Shown here one piece after another: positions 54,907 through 64,000 of a stretch of 64,000 nucleotides of DNA. Every line of letters begins with the position of its first letter. The first letter of the stretch is position 1. A program made the position numbers and the translations under genes. The notes beneath the pieces were generated by a model. That model was not told the origin of the DNA. It made no database searches and saw only the letters and a program-made list of their open reading frames with translations. This DNA is from Phototrophicaceae bacterium (GTDB taxonomy: Bacteria; Chloroflexota; Anaerolineae; Aggregatilineales; Phototrophicaceae): NCBI GenBank assembly GCA_965262335.1, contig OZ253528.1, forward strand, positions 84,237 to 148,236, written 5' to 3'.

Positions 54907-55692
54907 ATGATTCCACTCGCCCAGCCTGGACCCATGACCGAAGACGAACGCTTCACCTTCGAGTGCTTCGGCTACATCATCATCGAAGACGTCCTTACAC
55001 CCGCCGAAACTGAAGCCGCCCTCGCCGCCTCGCAACGCCTCCACAGCCAAACTAGCGACGCCTGGTGGCAAATCGGCGCCGCCTTCACGTCCGAACCCGA
55101 CCTCGCCGACCTTATCGACCACCCCGCCATCTTCCCTAAAGTCCGCGCCCTCTACCGCGACCAATTCATTCTGCAGTCCGCCTGGAGTACCAGGCAAGCC
55201 GCCAACACCGACGCCGAAAGCATCGGCTGGCATCAGGACGGCTCCGGCGTCTACGAATTTCGCGATATCGGCTACCCCCCGCCCCTTCTCCAACTCCGCG
55301 CCACCTATAGCCTCACCGACCAATCGCGCGAGTTCATGGGCAACATGATGATGATCCCGGGCAGCCACCGCAGCCCCGTCCTCCTGCCCGCCGACAAACG
55401 CGCGCAACTGAACGTCTCGCCCATCCAGCACAACATCCTCTGCCGCGCTGGGACTGCCCTCCTCTTCCACAACGGTGTCTGGCACTCGCCCATGCCCAAC
55501 CACCAAGACTTCGACCGCCACAATGTGCACTATATCTATAGCCCGCCCTGGATGCGCCGAGCCGATCGCTTCGCCACTGACGCCGATGTCCGGGCAGAGA
55601 TGCCGCCGCTGCGCCGCGCTCTACTGGGAGACTACGAACGGCCCGATGCGCCCTTCGCCGGCGGCGTCCCGGAGCTTCCTTTCGAAGACTGA
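54907..55692 (+). CDS. Phytanoyl-CoA dioxygenase (PhyH) family Fe(II)/2-oxoglutarate oxygenase
   Basis: ..GWHQDG.. (HxD) and ..FHNGVWHS.. distal His. GAGGAG RBS. Confidence 0.7.
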   Translation: MIPLAQPGPMTEDERFTFECFGYIIIEDVLTPAETEAALAASQRLHSQTSDAWWQIGAAFTSEPDLADLIDHPAIFPKVRALYRDQFILQSAWSTRQAANTDAESIGWHQDGSGVYEFRDIGYPPPLLQLRATYSLTDQSREFMGNMMMIPGSHRSPVLLPADKRAQLNVSPIQHNILCRAGTALLFHNGVWHSPMPNHQDFDRHNVHYIYSPPWMRRADRFATDADVRAEMPPLRRALLGDYERPDAPFAGGVPELPFED

Positions 55693-55926
55693 GCCATGCC
55701 CATCGACATCCCGCCCAAATGCTGCGCCCTCATCTTCCAGCGCTATAGCATCGCGGCTGGCTATCGGGTTCGCTCAAGAACTGATTGAGTGTTATCTACA
55801 AGTGACGAAAGGCCACCAAGAAATCCTTTATTCTCCATTTCATGGTGAATTCCTGTCCTTGTGGCTAAACTGAACCAACAGTACTATTAGCGACACAATG
55901 TGTCGAGTCAATAAGGTAGGCTATTA

Positions 55927-57231
55927 ATGAATATGCGATTGTTTGCCGCAATGATATCAGTGTTTTTTCTATGTGTTGTGGCAACGGCGCAGGATTATAC
56001 CATTCGCGTAACGTTCAACACCAATTTGCGGGATACCTATAGTCTCGAGGGCAATGTCGTTGAATCTGTGCCAGCAGGCGCAACCCTGCATGTCGTCGGC
56101 CAGTTTGGCCGATGGCTAACTATCAACAGAAACGGAAACGAAGTCTGGATGGCGAGCTGGGTAAGTCACACCCGCGTTGAAAGCGCTACTCAGACGCAGA
56201 CCACAACGCAAGTTGCGAGCAACATAGACAACTGCTGTTTCGTAGATCGGCAATGCAATAACGATCAAGAATGGATGGACGGGTATTGGGCCTTTCAAAA
56301 TGGTCAATGCACGGCGCCTTCAACATCTCAGGAGCAGACGCCATCGCAGCCCGCGGGTAATGAGACGGGTCCAATTGATAATTGCTGTTACGTTGATCGG
56401 CAATGCAATAACGATCAGGAGTGGATAGACGGGTATTATGCCTATCTGAATAATCAATGTGCTGCGCCTTCAACATCTCAGGAGCAGACATCATCGCAGC
56501 CCGCGGGTAATCAGACGGGTTCAACTGATAATTGCTGTTTCGCTGGCTGGTACTGCAATAGTGACCTGGAATGGGTAAACGGGTATCATGCCTATCAGGA
56601 CAATCAATGCGGGGCGGCGACCCCGGTGAGCTATGTGGATAGTTGCTGTCAGCTGGGCTGGAATTGTACGCTTTATGAAGACCGGCTCGTAGGGCAGTGG
56701 ACCATCGGAGAAGGCTTGGAATGTGGCGCGCCCATACAGGTTCCTTACGATGGAACGATAATAGAGGGCACAGAAACTTTTATCGCCCAGGTTAAAGCAG
56801 CGCTTGATTTGCTCAAGAGCGCCGCGCCGCCGTGGTATGCCTACGTGGTCAAGGGGCCAATTAAGATTCGCGGGGTTCCTCCCGGAAGCGGCACCTACGC
56901 ACTGGAAAGGACGATTAATTTAGCGCCTTCCCATGCTGCTCAAGCCACAATCGTGTTTGCCGGTACCATTTTGCATGAGACTTGTCACTCACACAGATGG
57001 CGTGCCGGGTTGTTACGTTATGACACTGAAGAACATATATTTATCGAAGAGAACATCTGTGAAACAGTAAGGACAGAGGTGCTGGAAGGGATCGACCCTC
57101 AAAGACCACCCAATGTCATTCTCCAACAGGTAATCGCTGAATTCTTTAGTCGGGGAAACCAATTTGATTTTGATGCCGGCGCGCGTCGAGAACGGGATCT
57201 TGCAGCCCATCTCCTTTCGACGATGAACTGA
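55927..57231 (+). CDS. Secreted protein: SH3b-like domain + 4 Cys-rich repeats + C-terminal HExxH domain
   Basis: Signal peptide. YTIRVTFNTNLRDTYSLEGNVV..GRWLTI (SH3b-like). Four CC-x5-C-x17-C modules, two of them a ~150-bp near-identical tandem repeat. ..GTILHETCHSH.. metalloprotease-like motif. Confidence 0.7.
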   Translation: MNMRLFAAMISVFFLCVVATAQDYTIRVTFNTNLRDTYSLEGNVVESVPAGATLHVVGQFGRWLTINRNGNEVWMASWVSHTRVESATQTQTTTQVASNIDNCCFVDRQCNNDQEWMDGYWAFQNGQCTAPSTSQEQTPSQPAGNETGPIDNCCYVDRQCNNDQEWIDGYYAYLNNQCAAPSTSQEQTSSQPAGNQTGSTDNCCFAGWYCNSDLEWVNGYHAYQDNQCGAATPVSYVDSCCQLGWNCTLYEDRLVGQWTIGEGLECGAPIQVPYDGTIIEGTETFIAQVKAALDLLKSAAPPWYAYVVKGPIKIRGVPPGSGTYALERTINLAPSHAAQATIVFAGTILHETCHSHRWRAGLLRYDTEEHIFIEENICETVRTEVLEGIDPQRPPNVILQQVIAEFFSRGNQFDFDAGARRERDLAAHLLSTMN

Positions 57232-57252
57232 AAGCTGATTGAAGACTGAACC

Positions 57253-58194
57253 ATGACCCTAGACATCCTGACCATCGGCGAAGCCCTGGTCGAAGTCATG
57301 CGCACCGACATCGACCAACCGCTGCACCGGCCCGGTCCCTTCATCGGTCCCTATCCCAGCGGCGCGCCCTTCATCTTTGCCGTGCAAGCCGCCCGGCTGG
57401 GCATGAAAACCGCCGCCATCGGCTCGGTCGGCCAGGATGCCTTTGGCGACTGCCTGCGCGATCAGCTCCAGGCGGATGGCGTACTCACAGACGGCCTGCA
57501 CTACCTGCCCGACCAACCGACCGGCGTCGCCTTCGTGGCTTATCAAGCGGATGGCTCGCGCAATTTCTTTTTCAGCCTGGGTGCCGGCGGGTCTTTATCC
57601 CGCGATATGCTGCGCGCCGATCTGTTCCAGGATTTGCGCTGCTTCCATGTCATGGGCTCGACTCTGTCCATGAGCAGCACTGCGCTCGAAGTCTGTAGCA
57701 CTGCGCTGGAAATGGCGATTGAGGCCGGCGCGCTCATCAGCTTTGATCCCAACTTGCGCCCGGAACTGCTGCCGCCTGATCAAGCGCGCATCAGCTTCGC
57801 GCCCTTTATCAGCGCCGCCGATATCTTCCTGCCCACCGAAACGGAACTGCTCCAGCTTAGCGGCGCCGTCAATGCCGAAGAGGCAATTGCCGAGCTGCTG
57901 GACGAAAGACCCGCTCGCAAGATCGTGGTCACGCGTGGCGCAGCAGGCTGCACCGTCTACACATCGCAAGGCCGTCTTGATGTCGCTGGCTACGCGGTGC
58001 CAGAAGTCGATCCCACCGGCGCCGGCGATTGTTTTGATGCCGGCTTCATCGCCGCCATCCTAGACGGCAAGTCAATCAGCGCAGCCGCTTCGCTGGCGAA
58101 CGCCTGCGGCGCGCTGACCGTCAGCGCCAAAGGCCCCATGACCGGCGCCAAACCCCGCGCCGATGTCGAGCAATTCATGCGAACCGGAACATAA
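57253..58194 (+). CDS. PfkB family sugar kinase (KDG kinase / fructokinase-like)
   Basis: ..DILTIGEALVE.. N-terminus and ..DPTGAGDCFDAGF.. ATP-binding motif. Confidence 0.85.
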   Translation: MTLDILTIGEALVEVMRTDIDQPLHRPGPFIGPYPSGAPFIFAVQAARLGMKTAAIGSVGQDAFGDCLRDQLQADGVLTDGLHYLPDQPTGVAFVAYQADGSRNFFFSLGAGGSLSRDMLRADLFQDLRCFHVMGSTLSMSSTALEVCSTALEMAIEAGALISFDPNLRPELLPPDQARISFAPFISAADIFLPTETELLQLSGAVNAEEAIAELLDERPARKIVVTRGAAGCTVYTSQGRLDVAGYAVPEVDPTGAGDCFDAGFIAAILDGKSISAAASLANACGALTVSAKGPMTGAKPRADVEQFMRTGT

Positions 58195-58334
58195 GCTCAG
58201 TTGACAAGTGCATCCCCGGTAAAGACTTTGCGCAGGGACAACCCGCGCCAACTAAGCTATGAATGCGCGTCGTTCTGAGTTTGATCGGGTTGACTAGAGA
58301 CTATAGCCTTTGCGTCACCCTTCCCTGATGCTTC

Positions 58335-58681
58335 CTAAGGACAGGACAGGTTTCGCTCCCGCCCCGCGCATCAGCTAGCGACCATCAGCAATTCCTGCAT
58401 AAAACCGCGTCCATATAGTCGCCGCGTCCCTTGCAAATGATGATACGCTCGGCTCTATGGGAATATTATCGCTTTCCTCCATGTCTTTCTTGCAACTGGC
58501 GCGTTCTCGCCGGATCGCCATCCAATTTGGCGAAATCCTGCTCTATATCAATACTGTATCGATAGATAATCGCTATATTTGCCCCTTTTCCCGTCCTTAT
58601 TCATCCTTTTCCCATCCTTTTCCCGTCTTTTCCCGTCCTTTTCCACATCACGTTCCACCTCAAAACCTGTCCTGTCCTCAG
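58335..58681 (-). mobile_element. MITE-like non-autonomous element, copy 2 (347 bp), inverted relative to copy 1
   Basis: Same termini (one mismatch: CTAAGG vs CTGAGG). 9-bp duplication TGATGCTTC at 58326..58334 and 58683..58691. Carries extra GGGAAAAGGA-type short repeats relative to copy 1. Confidence 0.8.
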
Positions 58682-58707
58682 ATGATGCTTCGGGGAGGGG
58701 TTGAAAA

Positions 58708-60138
58708 TCAGCGGTGATCTTGAAACAGGTTACGCGTCTCCAGGCCGCTTTCGATGCGCCAGTTGAGCATACTCTGCAGCAACGACTGCTTGACGCCTTC
58801 CAGCCCGGCATCATCCCACAAGTTGTTGATCTCGCCCGGATCCGCTTCTAGGTCAAACAATTGCCCGTAATCCTCGCCCAGGAAATGCACCAGCTTGTAC
58901 TTCTCGCCGCGGATCATCGTCATGTAGGCTCCTTCATAGTTGCCATCCGCCGGGTGCTCGGCAAAGACGAACTCCCGCCCCTGCCAATCCTCGCCCTGCA
59001 GCGCCGGCAACAGCGAAACCGTCTGCATATCAGCGCGCGGCTTCACGCCCGCCAATTCCAGCACCGTTAGCCCGATATCCATCCACTGGCATTGCGCCCC
59101 CACCCGCTCCCCAGCCGGGAAGCGCCCTGGCGCCCAGAAGATCGCCGGCACACGCGTGATGATGTCGTACATCGTCCACTTCTGGATATGCCCGTGATCG
59201 CCCAGGCAATCGCCGTGATCGCTGGTGAAGATCACGATGCTGTTTTCCAGGTAGCCCTCTGCCTCCAACGTCTCCATGATCTGCCCGACCTGCTTGTCGA
59301 TCATGCTCACGTTGGCGGCGTAATAAGCGCGCAGTCGCTGGTGTTGCGTCCGCGTGGGATTCTGCAAATGCACGACTGAGTCGTGATTGATCTCGGTATT
59401 GTGCTTGCGCAACTGTTGATAGGGCGGCGGCTGCGATTCCAGTTCTTCTTGTGTCACCTGCGGCAGCGGCAGATCGCGGTCAATGTATTCCGCGGCGGCT
59501 TCCGGTGTCGGATCATAAGGCGGATGCGGACCCGGGAAGCCGATCTGCAAGAAGAGCGGCTCGGTTTTGGGATAGCTGCGCAGCCACCATTGCGCCAGCC
59601 CACCGACGAAATTATCGGGATGCGTATCCGCCGGCAGCTCCCAGGTGAAAGCGCCCATGCGCTCACGATAGTCGTCGCGCAGCCGGTACTGCTCTCGCTG
59701 CTGCTTGACCAAGCCGCGCGCTGCCAGGGCTTTGTCCCACTCATCGAAATAATAGCGCCCTTCCAGATAGCGATCTTTGTTCTCGACCACGTAGCGCTCG
59801 TGGAATCCCAGCGGCGTCTCGAAGGGTTGCGTATGCATCTTGCCGATATTGACGCAGTGATAACCCGCCTCGTTCAAATCCTCTACCCAGGAACGTCGCC
59901 AGCGATCGCCGTTGCCCATGATGCCCGTTACATGCGGATAATAACCGGTGAACAAGCTGGCCCGCGCCGGCGCGCAGGAAGGCGCGGTGATATGACAGTT
60001 GTCGAAGCTCACGCCTTCATTGACCAGCCGGTCCAGGTTGGGCGTGTCCATATAAGGGAATCCCAGCGCATTGATGCTGTCGTAGCGCTGCTGGTCGGTG
60101 ATGATCAGAATGATATTGGGTGCTTGGCTCATGGTCAC
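58708..60138 (-). CDS. Sulfatase family protein (Cys-type)
   Basis: ..PNIILIITDQQRYD.. and the formylglycine motif SCAPARASLFTG (CxPxR). Confidence 0.85.
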   Translation of the reverse strand: MTMSQAPNIILIITDQQRYDSINALGFPYMDTPNLDRLVNEGVSFDNCHITAPSCAPARASLFTGYYPHVTGIMGNGDRWRRSWVEDLNEAGYHCVNIGKMHTQPFETPLGFHERYVVENKDRYLEGRYYFDEWDKALAARGLVKQQREQYRLRDDYRERMGAFTWELPADTHPDNFVGGLAQWWLRSYPKTEPLFLQIGFPGPHPPYDPTPEAAAEYIDRDLPLPQVTQEELESQPPPYQQLRKHNTEINHDSVVHLQNPTRTQHQRLRAYYAANVSMIDKQVGQIMETLEAEGYLENSIVIFTSDHGDCLGDHGHIQKWTMYDIITRVPAIFWAPGRFPAGERVGAQCQWMDIGLTVLELAGVKPRADMQTVSLLPALQGEDWQGREFVFAEHPADGNYEGAYMTMIRGEKYKLVHFLGEDYGQLFDLEADPGEINNLWDDAGLEGVKQSLLQSMLNWRIESGLETRNLFQDHR

Positions 60139-60311
60139 TTCCTACCTGTCCAACTAACGGTACGAGACTAACGCGTAAGCCGCTTCCAGGCAAATTGTAG
60201 TCAGCACCTGATCAATGCCTGCGGTAGCGTATGCGAGCCGTGGGTTTCAGCGCCCAGCTTGTGGCGCATACACACGATACGATGAGACAAATGGATTGTA
60301 GGAGGTGACTT

Positions 60312-62081
60312 ATGCGCACCTTGCTCTTACTTGCATTTATCGTAAGCGGATTCTTCTTTCCGGCAGCGCAGGTGCTGGCTTGTAGTTATGGCGGCGATCA
60401 AGGGAGCATGGAGCGATATATTGAGTTGGCTGACTTGGTCGTTTCTGCCAGCGTCGAGTTTGTCGATGAACTCGGCAAGAACGGAGTTTTGCAGGTGGAT
60501 CGGTATTTTAAGGGAAGCGGAGGCGAGTTCTTGCCACTGGTGTATTTTCGTCCCGCCGTATTCTACGCCGACACGGTCAGAGATTATGATAATGGATGCC
60601 TAACTATTGGACCGTGGGGTGTCGAATTGAGCGAAGGTGAGTCCGGCTATTTTGCCTTGTACGCCAACGGTGATGGCACCTATGACTACAGCAGCGTAAC
60701 CATGTGGATTCCGGGTGATATTGATCGCTATGGTTATCAATGGCCGACGGATGGCATGGTCGACTTTTACATTGACTCACGCTCCGAATGGTACGCAGAA
60801 GCTCCCCTGCCTATTCCAGACTTTGAAGCGCTGCTTCTGGAGATGAGCAAGCAAGAAGAAACTGTAGTACCTGACGATGGCAAGTATCCCCTCATGCGCT
60901 TCTTGAACATAACCACGGAATCAGGCAAGCGATATCGTCTTAATCCGGATTTCTCAGTCACTTGGCTAGATCCTGACAAATGGCCAATCGCCATCTCAAA
61001 TGACGGCAGCCATCTCATGTTCCGCTTGGAGATGGACGAGCTGGGGTTCCAGTATCTTTCGCTTGTCAGAAAAGAGCTCCATCCCTGTCCCTATTGCCAG
61101 CCATTGGGTAGCGCCATTGTCGGCGGCGGACGCGCGCTATCAACGGGAGCATACAGCAATGACGGCTGGCTGGAACCTGTGAAGGGTTGGCACGCTACCT
61201 TTTCGCCGGACAGCAATTTCGTCGCCGTGCAAGAACGAAATGACTTGCTAATCTATATGTTCGACAATTGGTCGCTCGCCGAATATGAATATGGAAGGCT
61301 AATGGGCATGGAGGTGGTCGCCGGACAACGCGTCTGGTGGCATCTCTCGTTTGTTTGGGCAGAGCCATTGGCATGGAGCGCCGACAGCACAACTATCGCT
61401 TATCAGGATTCCCGCGGCATTTGGCATTGGGACTTTTTTGAGGAAACCCATCCTCAGCTAGTCCTGCCAGGTGACGGAAGCAATGAGCTGCTGGACATAT
61501 CCAATAGCGGACGTTACATTCGCTACAGTCACGACGAGTCATGGAGCCTGATAGATGTCGAAAGCGGCAAGACTTACGAAAGGGCCATTGCCACACCCGA
61601 TGAACGCAACCTGATATTTTTGCAGCCCAGCTATCCAAAAGGCACTGTGACCTTGTTTTCGGGTAGAGAAAACCACTATCGGAAGGCTTGGCGCACCTGC
61701 CATGCGCCCTTGTCGGATTGTCCCATCCACGTCGTGTATCCCTACAATCCCATCGATATCTTTGAGTATCAGCCGGGTTGGATCGGTTTAGTTTCACGCA
61801 GAGATATACAGCTGTTCCCGTGGTACTTGTCCATGGAGGAAGGCAGACTGCACGTCGGTGCTGAGCCACCTCAAGCCATAAACGCCTTTGACTATGACAA
61901 AATGTATAATCGCCCCGCGATTGCTTATGGAGACTACAAGCTCGGCCTTAGTTTTTCGTGGGATTACAGCAAGATGCTGTCGGAAGAGGCGCGCTATGAG
62001 TTTCTAGATCTGCAGAATTATCTGGACAGCCCCATCGTAGATCTGGAATGGGGGCAGCCGATCTTTCTCGATCGGCGTTAA
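60312..62081 (+). CDS. Hypothetical exported protein, possible lipoprotein
   Basis: MRTLLLLAFIVSGFFFPAAQVLAC with a lipobox-like VLAC. GGAGGTG RBS. No catalytic motif recognised. Confidence 0.55.
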   Translation: MRTLLLLAFIVSGFFFPAAQVLACSYGGDQGSMERYIELADLVVSASVEFVDELGKNGVLQVDRYFKGSGGEFLPLVYFRPAVFYADTVRDYDNGCLTIGPWGVELSEGESGYFALYANGDGTYDYSSVTMWIPGDIDRYGYQWPTDGMVDFYIDSRSEWYAEAPLPIPDFEALLLEMSKQEETVVPDDGKYPLMRFLNITTESGKRYRLNPDFSVTWLDPDKWPIAISNDGSHLMFRLEMDELGFQYLSLVRKELHPCPYCQPLGSAIVGGGRALSTGAYSNDGWLEPVKGWHATFSPDSNFVAVQERNDLLIYMFDNWSLAEYEYGRLMGMEVVAGQRVWWHLSFVWAEPLAWSADSTTIAYQDSRGIWHWDFFEETHPQLVLPGDGSNELLDISNSGRYIRYSHDESWSLIDVESGKTYERAIATPDERNLIFLQPSYPKGTVTLFSGRENHYRKAWRTCHAPLSDCPIHVVYPYNPIDIFEYQPGWIGLVSRRDIQLFPWYLSMEEGRLHVGAEPPQAINAFDYDKMYNRPAIAYGDYKLGLSFSWDYSKMLSEEARYEFLDLQNYLDSPIVDLEWGQPIFLDRR

Positions 62082-62090
62082 TGCGGTTCG

Positions 62091-62666
62091 CTAGCCGTAC
62101 TTGGGATTATCAACCACCTCCGGCTGACCATCGCGCATCACAACCAACTTACGGAAGCCATTGCGCTCAATCGTTCCGTAATCGTGCCCGGCGCGGGCTT
62201 CCCATACCGAGAAGAAAACGAAGTCCTCGTCGCCGATATTGACCGTGCGGTGCGCCCAGTAGGGCGGTATATAGGCGGCGCTGCCGGCGACCATCTCCAC
62301 TTCGCTGCTCTTGCCGTCTTCCGTTTGCAGGAGGAGGCAGCCGTGTCCGGACAAACCAAAATAAACCTCGCCCTGCTCGCGCCGCGCGTGATAGTGGCCC
62401 TTGGTCATGTGATACTCGTCGCCGATGCGCCCAGGCAGAATGCGCGTGCTGCAATGCGGGATCTGCCCTTCTTCCTCCGGCAGCTCGACGCCTTGCACTT
62501 CGTAGAGCAACCGATCACCATCTTGCGTCAGGATACGGCTGGCTTCCTCAACATCGGCGTGCATAGTCACCATATCACTGAGGCGACGCTGGATGATGTA
62601 ATTCGGCTTGGAAAGCACGCCGGATTGAAAGTCAACTTCGTTCTTGAAAGGTCTTATCAAGTTCAT
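62091..62666 (-). CDS. Cupin-type glucose-6-phosphate isomerase (cPGI family)
   Basis: ..TKGHYHARREQGEVYFGLSGHG.. and ..IPPYWAHRTVN.. match the cupin PGI metal-binding pattern by recall. Confidence 0.7.
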   Translation of the reverse strand: MNLIRPFKNEVDFQSGVLSKPNYIIQRRLSDMVTMHADVEEASRILTQDGDRLLYEVQGVELPEEEGQIPHCSTRILPGRIGDEYHMTKGHYHARREQGEVYFGLSGHGCLLLQTEDGKSSEVEMVAGSAAYIPPYWAHRTVNIGDEDFVFFSVWEARAGHDYGTIERNGFRKLVVMRDGQPEVVDNPKYG

Positions 62667-62687
62667 ATCTAGTCCTGCTCTAGTTTG

Positions 62688-63608
62688 TTAAGTGTCTAGC
62701 GAAGCGGCATCAGCCAATTGGGCAAACAAAAGGTCGCTTATCGTGATCTTGAACACTTCGGCGATGCCCTGCGCCCAGCCATGTAGAAAATAGGTCCAGC
62801 CATCTTCAATCGTCAAGTTGCGTGTTTTGGTTTGCGCCAGCGCCTGCTTCATGAAGGACCGTTCACCGCGGTAATTCAGCTCCCAAACCAAGCCGTCGAG
62901 CGGAAAACGAGCGGCCGCGGTAATCGGCGAACCGGGCAGATCTTTGCCCAGTCCGGTGGCATTGATCACCAGCGAACCGGCTGGCAGCGTCTCCATCAAT
63001 GCATCGTTTACTTCGGCGCTACGTGAGAGATGATAATCGAACTTCATGGTTGTATCCAGCTTCTGATGTATGCCTTGAACGGAGTCCAGGCGCTCTTGCA
63101 AGATATCGACCAGCATGAACTTGCGCGGATGAGCAGCTTCGCGCGATCGCTCGGCCAGGCAGACGCTAATGGCGATTGCGGCGCCACCGGCTCCCAGACA
63201 AAGCACATCACGCGCGCTTTCTTGCCAATGCTCGGGGGGCACAAAGTGATCGAGCGCCAAGCTAGATGAAATGACATCTTTGGCAAAGCCCACGAGCCGA
63301 CCATCGCGCTTGGCAATGCAGGAGACTTCAGCGCATATTTCGGCATAAGGATCAAGGCTGTCAAAGAGATCTCGGCAAGCGTTTAACAGGTCGATCTTGT
63401 GAGAAGTCACCAGTGCGCCCGCTGCCTTCGGATCCGCGCAGATCTCTTGCGCAATCCGACGATAGGTGGCTGCGGGAGCGTGAAGCGGAGCATCACAACC
63501 GCGGATTTCGGCATCAATGCCGAGGATTCTTGCCCAGCGCGGGAAGATTTGCATGATCGAGGACTGCCCGGTGCTAACACCGACGAAGTAGAAGATTGCT
63601 GGAAGCAT
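62688..63608 (-). CDS. Shikimate/quinate dehydrogenase-like (AroE family) protein
   Basis: AroE-like layout: N-terminal substrate domain (..FVGVSTGQSS..VTSHKIDLL..) and Rossmann ..VLCLGAGGAAIAI... Confidence 0.55.
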   Translation of the reverse strand: MLPAIFYFVGVSTGQSSIMQIFPRWARILGIDAEIRGCDAPLHAPAATYRRIAQEICADPKAAGALVTSHKIDLLNACRDLFDSLDPYAEICAEVSCIAKRDGRLVGFAKDVISSSLALDHFVPPEHWQESARDVLCLGAGGAAIAISVCLAERSREAAHPRKFMLVDILQERLDSVQGIHQKLDTTMKFDYHLSRSAEVNDALMETLPAGSLVINATGLGKDLPGSPITAAARFPLDGLVWELNYRGERSFMKQALAQTKTRNLTIEDGWTYFLHGWAQGIAEVFKITISDLLFAQLADAASLDT

Positions 63609-63632
63609 GCTGTCAGTTTTGTACAGGTGAAC

Positions 63633-64000
63633 TCACAGCGCGGCAATCTCGTCGTAAACCGGCGCCAGCGCATCATAGAGCTTGTTGAATATCGGGACCA
63701 TAGGCTCGTAAACCGCTTGCGCCTTGGCATCTGGCATTACAGTAACGGCAATATCATTCATCGTTTCGATCATGGAAAAGTCGCGATACAAACCAACCCC
63801 AACACCGCCTACCAAGGCTGCTCCCATGGATGTCGCTTCTTCCAGTATAGCGAGACGATGCACCGGCAGGCCGTAGATATCGGCCATGATTTGATTCCAG
63901 ACACGTCCGCTGGCGCCTCCGCCGATCAAGCGCATGGCGTCGATTTTGGTACCTTGATCGCGAAAGGCATCGAGGATCACGCGTAAGTTCATGGTTACGC
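63633..64000 (-). CDS. FGGY family carbohydrate kinase, C-terminal part (gene continues beyond the window)
   Basis: ..LIGGGASGRVWNQIMADIYGLPV..EEATSMGAALVGGVGVGLY.. is the FGGY C-terminal motif. Frame is open to base 64000. Confidence 0.8.
   Translation of the reverse strand, partial: VTMNLRVILDAFRDQGTKIDAMRLIGGGASGRVWNQIMADIYGLPVHRLAILEEATSMGAALVGGVGVGLYRDFSMIETMNDIAVTVMPDAKAQAVYEPMVPIFNKLYDALAPVYDEIAAL

Noticed and set aside
1-64000. rRNA, tRNA, tmRNA, prophage, integrase or transposase genes
   Set aside because: No T-loop/anticodon-arm patterns, rRNA-like stretches, or recombinase/transposase motifs were seen in any frame. The mobile-looking elements here are all non-autonomous.

Overview
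64-kb window of a moderately GC-rich bacterial chromosome. Gene content and repeat style are reminiscent of Chloroflexota, but taxonomy cannot be established from the sequence alone. All family calls are by-eye motif recognition on the supplied translations; no searches were run.

Layout:
- (1) 1-3.3 kb: hydantoinase B fragment, a sarcosine-oxidase-like flavoprotein and an SDR.
- (2) 3.4-16.8 kb, minus strand: one tightly packed NAD-type formate dehydrogenase / molybdenum-cofactor cluster (fdhA, mobA, nuoEF-like, Fe-S subunit, fdhD, two moeA). It is interrupted by three AT-richer guests: a HepT/MntA toxin-antitoxin pair, an SH3b secreted protein and a DUF262 protein.
- (3) 17-19 kb: a LysM/beta-helix secreted protein.
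- (4) 19.4-24 kb: a Zn-ADH whose 5' 236 bp are duplicated around a cassette encoding a membrane + T5orf172 (GIY-YIG-like) protein, followed by three tandem SDR paralogs.
- (5) 24-25.5 kb: a type II R-M system (BcnI/MvaI-like).
- (6) 25.9-49 kb: a hybrid histidine kinase, three sugar ABC-transporter clusters and an HTH-ATPase-REC regulator. One cluster has NamZ/GNAT/PIG-L, one has Gfo-Idh-MocA/ThuA/M19 dipeptidase.
- (7) 49.8-51.9 kb: a split Tm-1-like pair.
- (8) 52.2-54.5 kb: a second, low-GC R-M system.
- (9) 54.9-64 kb: PhyH dioxygenase, a Cys-repeat HExxH secreted protein, PfkB kinase, sulfatase, a lipoprotein, cupin PGI, an AroE-like protein and a partial FGGY kinase.

Non-genic structure is the most unusual part:
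- a ~320-350-bp MITE-like element with 19-bp terminal inverted repeats and 9-10-bp target duplications, inserted into loops of REP-like C-rich/G-rich hairpins (two clean copies, one degenerate);
- a ~92-nt intergenic element in 3-4 copies, all in the same orientation;
- a 3 x 275-bp tandem array that duplicates the 5' end of a permease gene.

No rRNA, tRNA or CRISPR array was recognised.
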